A stretch of DNA of 64,000 nt from a virus: the IMG/VR virus record IMGVR_UViG_3300020477_001012, positions 32,001-96,000 of that record. One strand, given 5' to 3'. Below are positions 34,078 to 44,049 of the stretch, piece after piece (the stretch's first letter is position 1; each line of letters starts with the position of its first letter). The notes below the pieces were generated by a model that was not told where the DNA came from, made no database searches, and saw only the letters and a program-made list of their open reading frames with translations. Made by a program: the position numbers and the translations under genes.

Positions 34078-35634
34078 ATGTTCAAAGACTATGCGGGACG
34101 GAATTTTATAGACGGTGTATGGTGCGGCGATTCGGATCAGATGTTTTCTAAGTTAGATCCATGTACCGGGGAGGAGATGGCTAGGTTTCCCCAATCTACA
34201 GAGTGTGAGGTTAGAGATGCCTGCGCCTTGGCGAGAGAAACATTTAACGACTGGAAAAAACTCAGCCGAGTCAACAGGGCGGAATATCTATATAAAGTCG
34301 CTAAAATTATAGAGAGAGATCTAGAACAGTTTGCCACAGCTATTTCTGTAGAAACCGGAAAGAACTATAACGAATCAATAGCCGAGGTCAACGAGGCCCT
34401 TCATATGGCCCAATATGCCTTTGGCTCTGGCAGAACCCCACAAGGAGAATGCATTGCGTCCGAAATTCCTGAAAAAGATGCCTATATGCTGCGAAAGCCC
34501 AAAGGTGTTATTGCTGTCATTAGTCCTTGGAATTTTCCTCTTGCCATTGGTGCTTTTTGGTGCGCTGCTCCGGCTTTGGTGGAAGGAAACACTGTTATTA
34601 TCAAGCCGAGTGAAGATGCACCCCTCAGCACTGAACTGGCCGTAAAGGCATACGCAGAGGCAGGTATCCCAGCGGGGGTTCTTCAGCTATTGCACGGCGA
34701 TGGAAATGTTGGAGATATGCTTGCTAAGAATGGAGAGGTGGATCACATTTGTTTTACCGGCAGCGCAAAAGTAGGACAACATATCAGAAGGATCTGTGCG
34801 GATAGCTGGCACAAAACGTGCTCCTGCGAACTAGGTAGTAAGTCTGCGGTTATCGTATTTAATGACGCAAACTTTGATCTTGCGGTGTCGGCATGTATTG
34901 CAAGCTCCTTTAAATTATCAGGACAGAGATGTGTATCTGCCGGAAGAATCTTAGTGCAAAGAGGTATATACGACGAGTTTGCAGACAGCTTTGCTAGTTA
35001 TGCGTCTCAAGTTTCTCCCGGGAAACCGTTTAATGATCAAGCCACCGAACTTAAAGAAAGCAGAAACTTTTTTGCGTTTGGAGAGGGTAGATCTAGCTGG
35101 GTAACCCCAGTCGCAAATGAATTGGCGTACATGGGTCCGCTCATCAATCAGCAGCAGATTAATACGGTAATGGGATATAACCACATGGTGCTTGAAGATC
35201 CACAGGCCGAAGTTTTAGTAAAGCCTGCATACTCAGGTCCGGGTTATTTTGTAACCCCGCTCGTATACAAGACTGAGTGGAGAGATGTTTCCTATTTAAA
35301 GAACGAGGTATTTGGTCCCCATGTTTCTATTATTCCCTTTGATAATGTTGATGATGCTGTCCGCATTTATAACGATACTGCTTATGGACTGGCCGTTGGA
35401 GTGATCACCGAAGACTTCAAAAAAGCGAGGATTTGTCGTGACAACTGTGATTACGGTATGTGCTATTGGAATGGTGGTTCTATCGCTGCTGAGTCTCACA
35501 TGGCTTTTGGAGGAGTGAAAAAGTCAGGGAACGGATTCCCGTCAGCGGCCCGAACGTTCAGGGCGGTTACTCATGAAGTGTCATGGACTGTCAACCATGA
35601 TGACACTCTTAGCTTTCCACAGGGGATGAAATAA
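34078..35634 (+). CDS. NAD(P)-dependent aldehyde dehydrogenase
   Basis: ISPWNFP, KPSE, FTGS, ELGSK, SGQRC, EVFGP, FGGVKKSG. Confidence 0.93.
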   Translation: MFKDYAGRNFIDGVWCGDSDQMFSKLDPCTGEEMARFPQSTECEVRDACALARETFNDWKKLSRVNRAEYLYKVAKIIERDLEQFATAISVETGKNYNESIAEVNEALHMAQYAFGSGRTPQGECIASEIPEKDAYMLRKPKGVIAVISPWNFPLAIGAFWCAAPALVEGNTVIIKPSEDAPLSTELAVKAYAEAGIPAGVLQLLHGDGNVGDMLAKNGEVDHICFTGSAKVGQHIRRICADSWHKTCSCELGSKSAVIVFNDANFDLAVSACIASSFKLSGQRCVSAGRILVQRGIYDEFADSFASYASQVSPGKPFNDQATELKESRNFFAFGEGRSSWVTPVANELAYMGPLINQQQINTVMGYNHMVLEDPQAEVLVKPAYSGPGYFVTPLVYKTEWRDVSYLKNEVFGPHVSIIPFDNVDDAVRIYNDTAYGLAVGVITEDFKKARICRDNCDYGMCYWNGGSIAAESHMAFGGVKKSGNGFPSAARTFRAVTHEVSWTVNHDDTLSFPQGMK

Positions 35635-35794
35635 TGGGGATGTGGGCTTTAGTTTTAGCCTTTCTATTATATCTTGTTGTGTCTATAGACTTATTCTCTA
35701 AAAAGAACTATGCTTTATCACTCGTGTTTCTATGTTATGCAGTATCCAACCTTGCATACATCTGGGTCGGTGATTATTTAAGAGGGCCAAAATA

Positions 35795-36640
35795 GTGGGC
35801 AATAATGGTCTGCGGAATATAGGTGTTGTGGGCAATGGCTTTGTCGGCTCAGCCGTAGCGTTTGGATTTTCGCATCTCACAGGGTGCGAGGCAAACGTCA
35901 GGGTGTACGACAAAGATAAATCAAGGTCGTCAGCCGAGCTATCAGATGTTGTTAACGAGTCTGACTTTATCTTCGTGTCGGTTCCAACCCCCGCCAACAG
36001 CGATGGCTCTGTCAATATAGATATAGTAGAAGATGTCTTTGCTGAAATGAATGAGCTTAACACAAGCAAGAACAACATATTCCTACTTCGGTCCACCGTG
36101 GTCCCGGGGACCACAAGAAAGATTCAAGAAGACTGCCCAAACTTGAATATAGTATTTAATCCCGAATTTCTCACCGAGAAGTCGGCCAAGTTTGACTTCA
36201 TAAACCCGTCTCGGTTTATACTAGGTGGCTTTCAGAAGGTGCTGGACTACCATACAATTAAAGCGGGAGACCTTTTAAAATGGAGATTCGGCCCCAGCGT
36301 TCCTATTATAAAGACTGATTACGAAACGGCAGAATTTATTAAGTATATGAATAATTGCTATTTTGCCACGAAAGTGTCTTTTCTAAACGAGATGAATCAG
36401 ATTGCTAGCGAATGTGGGGTCAATTGGGATGCGGCTATAGACGGCTTTTCAAGAGACGGCAGGGTTGGTCACTCACACCTGTCAGTTCCCGGTCCCGATG
36501 GTAAGTATGGTTTTGGAGGTAGCTGTTTCCCAAAGGACATACAGGCTATGATTAGCTTTGCTAAAACATTGGGAGTCGAACCCACCATGTTGGAGGGTGC
36601 GTGGAGCAAGAACTTAGAAGTTAGACCAAGCGATACATAA
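35795..36640 (+). CDS. UDP-glucose/GDP-mannose 6-dehydrogenase family (lacks the C-terminal domain)
   Basis: GNGFVG, VPTP, RSTVVPG, NPEFL, GFGGSCFPKD. Confidence 0.9.
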   Translation: MGNNGLRNIGVVGNGFVGSAVAFGFSHLTGCEANVRVYDKDKSRSSAELSDVVNESDFIFVSVPTPANSDGSVNIDIVEDVFAEMNELNTSKNNIFLLRSTVVPGTTRKIQEDCPNLNIVFNPEFLTEKSAKFDFINPSRFILGGFQKVLDYHTIKAGDLLKWRFGPSVPIIKTDYETAEFIKYMNNCYFATKVSFLNEMNQIASECGVNWDAAIDGFSRDGRVGHSHLSVPGPDGKYGFGGSCFPKDIQAMISFAKTLGVEPTMLEGAWSKNLEVRPSDT

Positions 36641-36650
36641 GGATGATCAT

Positions 36651-37739
36651 ATGAGAGCAGCAGTAATTGGAACAGGTAGAATGGGTAGCGCCATAGCTTG
36701 GGCGATAGACAAATTATCAGATTTAGATGTGTTAACGCTGGTTGATTCCAACTCGGATAGTCTTAACCGGTGCGCAGATAACGTGGAACGTTCACCACTT
36801 AAAAGCTGTCTTCTATCTGAATGGACACCTGATTATTCACCGCTAAATAATAATGACATAGTGGTCTCTGCAATGCCCTACCATCAAAATTGGAAGGTTG
36901 CCAAATTTTGCATAGACCATAACGTGCCTTACTGCGATCTTGGTGGGCATGTAGAAACCAGCAAGAAGATTAACGAGTACGCTACATCTAATAACCAAGT
37001 AGTAGCAACAGATTTGGGTCTAGCCCCCGGGTGGGTAAACATCCTAGCGGAACGTGGATATCAATCGTATAATGCCAATAGCAAAGTCGCCCGGACCCCA
37101 ACATTAATAGAGATGATGGTTGGAGGACTTCCTATTCATCCTAGTAACTATTTAAAATATAGCTGTACGTGGTCATATGATGGGTTAGTCAATGAATATA
37201 AAGACCAATGTGAAGTTCTGGTTGATGGAGACATCAAGCTAGTTGACGGGATGTCTGGACTCACTCACATACAAACAGGCTTAGGTGACATGGAGGCATT
37301 TTATACAAGTGGAGGGGCTTCTCATACCATCAAGACTATGCTACAAAGAGGTGTTAAGAACTGCCACTACAAAACAATTCGGTATCAAGGACATTGCGAG
37401 GCCATAAAGTTTTTAATGAGCGAATGCGGACTAAGCGACGATGAGCTTGTCAAACTATTGCAAAATGCGTGCCCCCCAGCGGACGACTTAGTGATCATTA
37501 AAGCTAGAGTGGGAATTGGACACGCAAGTGATTGGAATACAGAAAAAGTTATATATCGGAACGATAAATTTTCAGCGATGCAGATGGCCACAGCGTTCCC
37601 GGTGGCTGTTGTAGCTACTATTATGGGAAACAAGGATCGAGATGAGCTAGGCACAGAACCATTGTCTTACAAAGACATTGCCTGCTCCTACGAAGAGTTT
37701 GAAAGTAGCCTAGAATATCTCTTTAGGGAAGTAAAATGA
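36651..37739 (+). CDS. Saccharopine dehydrogenase / L-lysine 6-dehydrogenase family
   Basis: GTGRMG, YCDLGG, GLAPG, VGGLP, TWS.DGL.NEY, YKTIRY.GH. Confidence 0.85.
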   Translation: MRAAVIGTGRMGSAIAWAIDKLSDLDVLTLVDSNSDSLNRCADNVERSPLKSCLLSEWTPDYSPLNNNDIVVSAMPYHQNWKVAKFCIDHNVPYCDLGGHVETSKKINEYATSNNQVVATDLGLAPGWVNILAERGYQSYNANSKVARTPTLIEMMVGGLPIHPSNYLKYSCTWSYDGLVNEYKDQCEVLVDGDIKLVDGMSGLTHIQTGLGDMEAFYTSGGASHTIKTMLQRGVKNCHYKTIRYQGHCEAIKFLMSECGLSDDELVKLLQNACPPADDLVIIKARVGIGHASDWNTEKVIYRNDKFSAMQMATAFPVAVVATIMGNKDRDELGTEPLSYKDIACSYEEFESSLEYLFREVK

Positions 37740-38806
37740 AATCCATATTCAATATGAAGAATGTAGACCCAATGAATCAACCTCTTTTTCTGGGGAAGGA
37801 TCTCGGTGTTCAAAGATACGACATCGTTAAATACCCAGTGTTTAAAAATCTCGACAGTAGACAGATGATGAACTTCTGGAGGCCAGAAGAAATAGAACTT
37901 AAAAAGGATAGGGGCGACTTTAAGGAGATGTCTGATAACGAGAAATTTATTTTTACATCTAACCTTAAATATCAAACGATGCTCGACAGTGTCATCTGCC
38001 GTGGCGTACCCACCCTATTGGAATATGTGACGAACACAGAGCTGGAAGCCTGTATGATGACTTGGCAGTTCTTTGAAAAGATACATAGCCAGAGTTACTC
38101 ATATATTATTCAAAACGTTTATGCCGACAGCAAGGAAGTGTTTGGGGGCATCTATGAAGATAAAGAGATTATGAAAAGAGCAAAAAGTGCCATTGAGGAT
38201 TATAATAACCTAATGGGTATGGCTTGTGATAGCACAAAGATAGCTGATTTAAAGAAGCAAATCTATATGACAATTATGAGTATAAATATTCTTGAGGCCG
38301 TTCGATTTTATGTTAGCTTTGTTTGTTCATTTGCGTTTGCGGAAAACAAAAAAATGGTTGGCAATGCAGATATTGTCAAGCTTATTAAGCGTGACGAGGC
38401 TTTACATTTATCTAATACCCAAGAAATACTTAAGATCTTACACAAGGAAGAAGATGAGGGTTTTGTTAAAACAGCAAAGCAGTGTGAAGAGGCTGCTGTG
38501 GAAATGTTTGAACATGCTGCCAACGAGGAGAAAGAATGGGCATCCTACCTCTTTAAAGACGGTTCTATCATTGGGCTAAACGAAACTGTGCTACACCAAT
38601 ACATTGACTGGTTATGTATGACAAGACGCAAGACCATCGGCCTGCCTTACAGCACGGGAAAAAACCCAATCGCTGGTTGGACTGAACCTTGGATGAATAG
38701 TGAAGCCGTGCAGGTTGCGCCTCAAGAGCATGAGATCACTAGCTATAAAATTGGTGCTAGCACTAATGACTTGGAAGACGTGGACTTCGGAGATTTAAAA
38801 CTATGA
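37736..38806 (+). CDS. nrdB: Class Ia ribonucleotide reductase beta subunit
   Basis: FWRPEE, EKIHSQSY, ILEAVRFYVSF, RDEALH, QVAPQE. Confidence 0.97.
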   Translation: MKSIFNMKNVDPMNQPLFLGKDLGVQRYDIVKYPVFKNLDSRQMMNFWRPEEIELKKDRGDFKEMSDNEKFIFTSNLKYQTMLDSVICRGVPTLLEYVTNTELEACMMTWQFFEKIHSQSYSYIIQNVYADSKEVFGGIYEDKEIMKRAKSAIEDYNNLMGMACDSTKIADLKKQIYMTIMSINILEAVRFYVSFVCSFAFAENKKMVGNADIVKLIKRDEALHLSNTQEILKILHKEEDEGFVKTAKQCEEAAVEMFEHAANEEKEWASYLFKDGSIIGLNETVLHQYIDWLCMTRRKTIGLPYSTGKNPIAGWTEPWMNSEAVQVAPQEHEITSYKIGASTNDLEDVDFGDLKL

Positions 38807-39201
38807 CAGAAGACTCTGAGAATTGTATGCATGATCAGACAGCAAGGATGAAACAATTAGTTGAACATAATGCCAAGCCAAAGGGATGCTGGAGAAAAAA
38901 TCACTTAGATGTTTTGATAAGCAAAGTGATTCTTTGGCACCGCGACCGCAATCTTATTGATGGTAGCTCGGACAAGGATCAAGTACTCAAATTAGCCCAA
39001 GAGCTAGGGGAGCTATCGGATTCGGTGTGTAAGAACAAGGACATTAAGGATGACATCGGTGACATGCTTGTTGTTATGTTAAACATCGTGGAACGAAATG
39101 GTCTATCATTATCGGAATGCTTAGAAACAGCATACGACGACATCAAGGACCGCAAGGGTAAAATGGTAGATGGTGTATTTGTGAAGGAGGAAGACCAATA
39201 G
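38803..39201 (+). CDS. MazG-like nucleotide pyrophosphohydrolase
   Basis: QELGEL, DDIGD, AYDDIKDRKG. Confidence 0.88.
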   Translation: MTEDSENCMHDQTARMKQLVEHNAKPKGCWRKNHLDVLISKVILWHRDRNLIDGSSDKDQVLKLAQELGELSDSVCKNKDIKDDIGDMLVVMLNIVERNGLSLSECLETAYDDIKDRKGKMVDGVFVKEEDQ

Positions 39202-39229
39202 CAAAATTACCCTATAAAAAGGCATATTC

Positions 39230-39892
39230 ATGAGAGATAAATCTAATAGAAGGCAAAAAAGATATAACAAAATTGTTCCACTGGAGGCCAAAACTGACAA
39301 TCAGAAAGACTATATCAGAACGATAATAGAGAACGATGTAATTTTCTGTTCTGGTCCGTCAGGCTCAGGAAAATCTTTTGTTGCTTCAGGGGTTGCGGCA
39401 GAACACCTACATACGAAAAAGATTGAAAAGATAATCGTCACCAGACCACTGGTCTGCGCTGGCAAGGATGTGGGGTCTCTACCGGGAGAACTATTTGAAA
39501 AAATAGCTCCCTACCAAGGCCCAATGCAGGAGAATTTAAAGTACTTTCTCACTCAGGCTTATTATGGTCTGTATGTCAACGAGGGAAAGATCTGCTACGC
39601 CCCACTGGAAACCATGAGGGGTGCTACTTTTCACAACGCATACATGCTATTGGATGAAGCCCAAAACTGCACTTTTGATCAAATAAAGATGTTCATCACC
39701 CGAATGGGTCAGAACTCAAAGGTTTTGATCAATGGAGATGTGGATCAAACAGACCTTAGAGGCAGAAGTGGACTTCACGAGTGCATAGATCGGTTGTCTT
39801 CTGTGGAGGGCGTCGGCATATGCGAATTAAACTATTCTGACATACAGCGCAACGGTCTGCTTGGCAGAATATTACAGGCTCTGGAGGAATAA
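39230..39892 (+). CDS. phoH: PhoH-family ATPase
   Basis: GPSGSGKS, MRGATF, LDEAQN, GDVDQTD. Confidence 0.93.
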   Translation: MRDKSNRRQKRYNKIVPLEAKTDNQKDYIRTIIENDVIFCSGPSGSGKSFVASGVAAEHLHTKKIEKIIVTRPLVCAGKDVGSLPGELFEKIAPYQGPMQENLKYFLTQAYYGLYVNEGKICYAPLETMRGATFHNAYMLLDEAQNCTFDQIKMFITRMGQNSKVLINGDVDQTDLRGRSGLHECIDRLSSVEGVGICELNYSDIQRNGLLGRILQALEE

Positions 39893-39894
39893 AG

Positions 39895-40221
39895 ATGTTA
39901 TATGACTACAAGTGTACCAACTGTGACAACATTCTTACCGATGTGTCCCAAAAAATGAGAGATCCACCCCTTGTCAAGTGCCCGGAATGCAAGAAGAAGA
40001 CCTTGCAGAGAATAATTACCGGTGGGTGTCATGGATTTATCAAGGGTGGCAGCACTCAAATTGACATGGGTAGGGCAAGAGAAGATGCAGCTAAACACAA
40101 GGAACAGTCTGCTCAACCCGAAAAACCTTGGTATCATAAACATGGAACCGCCTCATCTGAGGATATAAACAAGATGACTAAGAAGCAAAAGGCCGAATAC
40201 ATAATGAAGGGTAAAAAATGA
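39895..40221 (+). CDS. FmdB-family Zn-ribbon protein
   Basis: YDYKCTNC...CPEC. Confidence 0.8.
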   Translation: MLYDYKCTNCDNILTDVSQKMRDPPLVKCPECKKKTLQRIITGGCHGFIKGGSTQIDMGRAREDAAKHKEQSAQPEKPWYHKHGTASSEDINKMTKKQKAEYIMKGKK

Positions 40222-40538
40222 AATACGTAGAAAAACACACCCCTGTTGATGAACGTACAGAAATATTGTTTAACAAAAACGCCAAACAGATAAATTCTGA
40301 AACAAAAGAGAAAAGTTATGCAAAAGTAATTGTAAAAAATGACCGAGAGACATATTATATAAGGGTATATCAAAGCGTGCCTCTTGACCCCTTGGGGTCA
40401 TACGGTAACCGAACGCGAGACTTGCAGACGAAAATGACGCCAGTATCTAAGGGCACTTTTGATTTCTACATGCTATACCTGAAAACTAACAATTCTGTTT
40501 ACATGACCAGAGCCAGAAGGGGAATGTCCAATGACTAA
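40218..40538 (+). CDS. Hypothetical protein
   Basis: ORF in operon. Confidence 0.65.
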   Translation: MKYVEKHTPVDERTEILFNKNAKQINSETKEKSYAKVIVKNDRETYYIRVYQSVPLDPLGSYGNRTRDLQTKMTPVSKGTFDFYMLYLKTNNSVYMTRARRGMSND

Positions 40539-40824
40539 AAAAGGACCACTTAGTAAATCCGAGAAGTTCTACATAGAGAGTTTTTGCGAGGAGTACGACC
40601 TCAACACACTCTGCAAGGATTTGGACAGGGCGCAACCAATAGTAAAGAAGCATATTGCAAAATGCAAAAAAGAGTCTACCCCACAGGACATTAGCGAGCA
40701 ATTTGCACGCAACGGAGGGTCTACTGTAATGACTCCTAATGCCTCTGAAATGGCAGACAATTTGAGAGGAAAGATGTCGGGTCAAGGTGTCCGTAAAAAT
40801 CAATGCATAACGAGTATAAAATGA
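40531..40824 (+). CDS. Hypothetical protein
   Basis: ORF in operon. Confidence 0.65.
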   Translation: MTKKGPLSKSEKFYIESFCEEYDLNTLCKDLDRAQPIVKKHIAKCKKESTPQDISEQFARNGGSTVMTPNASEMADNLRGKMSGQGVRKNQCITSIK

Positions 40825-41237
40825 ACAATGATAAGTGGCTGGAAGCATACCGGACCAACAAGGATGCTGTTTGGATTAAGTGTAAGCTAACCAATGGCGA
40901 AGAATTCTTTTATGATCACCAAATTGGATGGAAGCTGATCAAGCAGGCGTGCAAAAATAATGGCGTGTTTGTTGAAGAATTACACTTGCAATTTAGGTCT
41001 CACGAGGTTACAATAGATGTTGAGGACGCTGAAGCTGTTTATCTAGTCAGATCTGTCATGGGGCAAATGGGTGGTGAAAGCAGGCAGTATTACACTACGG
41101 GAAGACTAGAGGGCGGCAAGATGCACAAAAAGATGTGGCTTACACCCGAATTGATAGTCGAGAAGGAACTAACTGATGAAATCGACGAATGTTTTGAAGA
41201 GGCGATCATCTACAATGAAAAAACGCAAGAGAACTGA
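40821..41237 (+). CDS. Hypothetical protein
   Basis: ATGA overlap with the upstream gene. Confidence 0.65.
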   Translation: MNNDKWLEAYRTNKDAVWIKCKLTNGEEFFYDHQIGWKLIKQACKNNGVFVEELHLQFRSHEVTIDVEDAEAVYLVRSVMGQMGGESRQYYTTGRLEGGKMHKKMWLTPELIVEKELTDEIDECFEEAIIYNEKTQEN

Positions 41238-41682
41238 GAAGAGTAGGTACCAGCACGAGAGCACGGGCGATCATTGCACCTGTGCGGCTTATGTTGCAGA
41301 GATTATGTGCAAGAAAAAGGCAGAGTACAAAAATGTAGGTTCTCTGTCGTTCAAGTTTTGGAATACCGAACCTTGGAAGCACACGTTTCGGTACCAGATG
41401 ACTCTGGCAAACAGTTTGCTTAATGATAAAAAGATTAGTGAGAAAGCCCTTGTTAAGGCAGTAAATTCTGAAGAGTTTAATCGAGCAAATATCTTCTCAC
41501 TCAAACACCCGAAAGCCATAGAGATTATTAAAAAGTACGAGTGTCTCATCTCTCAAGATTCGGACAAGCAGCAAGACTTAGAATTAAAACATAATGCCAA
41601 ATCTAGAAAAAAGACTTTTGGCAAGAGATCACAAATAGACAAACTCAGGAGCATCGACCTGTATGCCGAAGAAGAAGAATAA
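41215..41682 (+). CDS. Hypothetical basic protein
   Basis: ORF in operon. Confidence 0.6.
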   Translation: MKKRKRTEKSRYQHESTGDHCTCAAYVAEIMCKKKAEYKNVGSLSFKFWNTEPWKHTFRYQMTLANSLLNDKKISEKALVKAVNSEEFNRANIFSLKHPKAIEIIKKYECLISQDSDKQQDLELKHNAKSRKKTFGKRSQIDKLRSIDLYAEEEE

Positions 41683-42775
41683 AGTCACATTTGACGACGA
41701 CATTGTAAGCAATCAGATCAACAGTAAATATGGGGATATTATTGAGTCTGGCAGCAAAGTGCTGGCCAGCTTAGAAGAATTTGAGACTCTAGGCGTATCT
41801 CCAGCATTAGACATTGCTCTCGGTGGAGGATTGAGAGAGGGTAGCTGCGTGGTGATCACGGGCGACCCAAAGACTGGAAAAACGACTACCGCTCTCTATT
41901 TCGCAGCTAAAGCGCAAAGGGCCGGTAAAAAGGTGTACTACTTTAACACCGAGGGCCGCCTGACCAAGGAAAATTTCACAGGCATAAAAGACCTGAACAT
42001 AGAAGAAATTAAAATCGTACAGGCAACCGATAATCAGCCAGTTGTCTCTGCTGAGAAGTTTTTAAATACTCTGGAGGCACATGTCAAGGGTACTCCAGAT
42101 CTAGTGGCTATTATAGACTCTGCTTCCAACATGGTCCCGCAAGACGAACTAGATGGAGAAATTCGTACCGGTGTTCGTAATGCCCTACCCCGCTTACTGT
42201 CTATGTTCTTAAAAAGAATCAGCAATGATGTCGCAAGAACTAAGGCCATTCTCATTTTTATCACCCATAATATTGCTAATACTGGCGGTAGTAGATGGGC
42301 ACCCGCAAAGATGGCTGACTGCGGGAACATGTTACAGTTCCAAGCTGGAACCAACATGGTAATAACACACAGGGGCAAATGGGACGCCACCAATGATAGC
42401 GGCAGAGATGTAGGGCAAGTGGCCAACTGGGTGGTTAAAACTTCTGCTGCTGGAGGCATCCCCAACTCTACGGCAATGAGTTGGATTAGGTATGGTGTGG
42501 GTATTGATGAGGTACAAGAGATAGCTCAAATTGCAAATGAGTTTGCGCTGGTCAAACGTAGCGGAGCTTGGTACACGCTCAGCACAGCTATTGAAAACAA
42601 AGACGATCCCACGATTAGAAGTTGGTTGACAGAAATCGGCGTGAACCCAGACTCAGACGAAGAAGTAGAGAAGGCGTTTAAATTCCAAGGTATGGAAAAA
42701 TTAACTTCATTCTTAGAGAACAACGAGACGATAACTAGCTTTATATATGACCAGATCAAAGAGATCCTGCTGTGA
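41663..42775 (+). CDS. recA: RecA/UvsX-like recombinase
   Basis: LDIALGGG, Walker A GDPKTGKT, IIDS, SGAWY. Confidence 0.9.
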   Translation: MPKKKNKVTFDDDIVSNQINSKYGDIIESGSKVLASLEEFETLGVSPALDIALGGGLREGSCVVITGDPKTGKTTTALYFAAKAQRAGKKVYYFNTEGRLTKENFTGIKDLNIEEIKIVQATDNQPVVSAEKFLNTLEAHVKGTPDLVAIIDSASNMVPQDELDGEIRTGVRNALPRLLSMFLKRISNDVARTKAILIFITHNIANTGGSRWAPAKMADCGNMLQFQAGTNMVITHRGKWDATNDSGRDVGQVANWVVKTSAAGGIPNSTAMSWIRYGVGIDEVQEIAQIANEFALVKRSGAWYTLSTAIENKDDPTIRSWLTEIGVNPDSDEEVEKAFKFQGMEKLTSFLENNETITSFIYDQIKEILL

Positions 42776-43191
42776 AAGTCGTAGGACTGAACGGAAGGGA
42801 ATACAATCTTGACCTCAAAAAGTACATGAGCAATGACAGATTAAAGGTATCCAAGTATCACTCTAAAGCCCGAGACCTTATCCACCAAGTGTTTCATGGT
42901 TACAATATACTAGAAGAAGTAAAGCTACCGGGATCGGTAAATCCGGCAAGAAAATCTGTTTTATACCTTGACTTCCTAATTCCAAATGTTAAAATGGGGG
43001 TTGAAGTTCATGGCAGACAACACTATGAGTTTGTTCCATTTTTTCATAAAAGCAAAGCAGGGTTTGCAAAAGCAAAGAAACGCGACCTAGATAAAAAAGA
43101 ATGGTGTAGAATCAATGACATCACGTTGGTTGAACTAAAATGGAACGAAGACATAGATCATTGGAGGGAGAAAATTGAGCGTAGCAGATAG
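42772..43191 (+). CDS. PD-(D/E)xK endonuclease (Vsr/DUF559-like)
   Basis: LDF.IP...EVHGRQHY, RDLDKKEWC. Confidence 0.75.
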   Translation: MKVVGLNGREYNLDLKKYMSNDRLKVSKYHSKARDLIHQVFHGYNILEEVKLPGSVNPARKSVLYLDFLIPNVKMGVEVHGRQHYEFVPFFHKSKAGFAKAKKRDLDKKEWCRINDITLVELKWNEDIDHWREKIERSR

Positions 43192-43636
43192 ACTACAAAA
43201 GTTTCTGTCTGGAATCGATACTTACGTAACCGGAAGCAATATAGCGCCGACTAAGTTCAGTCCAGAATTTGCCGTGGCCGAAACGCTGAGTGTAGAGCAA
43301 ATGGAGAACTTAACTCAGGACGATTGCTTTCATTATGCTTATCAGTTATACCAGTATGCGGATCACATAGCTTGGCAGAGGGCATCATCCGAGAACGTGG
43401 TTAGGTGGTGCAAAGACAGTCTAGGCAGCATTGTAGCCAGTGAAGTAGCAGAAATTGAAGTGCAATTTATGAAATACGAAACAAAAGTTGATCTCATAAA
43501 GCGAAATAATATTATAGCAAAGAATATCAACGAGTGGTTAATGACAGCAGAGAGCAGGCTGGAGATGCTCAAAAGCAGAGAGTATAACGTTCGTCGAAAG
43601 GCAGATATTTTAATTGAAAAAGGTAAGAGAAAATGA
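43175..43636 (+). CDS. Helical hypothetical protein (possible recombination mediator)
   Basis: Position after RecA; coiled coil. Confidence 0.55.
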   Translation: MSVADRLQKFLSGIDTYVTGSNIAPTKFSPEFAVAETLSVEQMENLTQDDCFHYAYQLYQYADHIAWQRASSENVVRWCKDSLGSIVASEVAEIEVQFMKYETKVDLIKRNNIIAKNINEWLMTAESRLEMLKSREYNVRRKADILIEKGKRK

Positions 43637-44046
43637 ATCCAGAAGACATGGTCAAGTTCATTAAATCCTTAAATGGTGAACAGAAGAAACAATTTGAAAA
43701 TATCTTTAAAACCGTAGGTGAAACTATGGGAGTTCAAACAACAGGAGAAGAGTCTCTGGAGATAAATCCATCTGAACCTGAACCAACCGTAACAGAAGAT
43801 TTTAAGGTTACAAGACCCGATACCTCGAAGAATAGGAAGACACCAGTGAAGTTCAAAAAAAACAAATGGAAAGATACAGGGGAGTTTGGAGATGTGGAGA
43901 CTCCCAATTTTGAAAAGACGCCCAGAAAGAGAGGCAAGCCCAATAAGAGGCAAGTAGAATGCCACGTCTGCGGTAGAGAATTCTCTATCAATGAAAATCT
44001 TATCTATGGCGAATTTCATCGGTGCAATCGTTGTACAGGAAGATAA
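43633..44046 (+). CDS. Hypothetical protein with C-terminal Zn finger
   Basis: CHVCG...CNRC. Confidence 0.65.
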   Translation: MNPEDMVKFIKSLNGEQKKQFENIFKTVGETMGVQTTGEESLEINPSEPEPTVTEDFKVTRPDTSKNRKTPVKFKKNKWKDTGEFGDVETPNFEKTPRKRGKPNKRQVECHVCGREFSINENLIYGEFHRCNRCTGR

Positions 44047-44049
44047 TCA

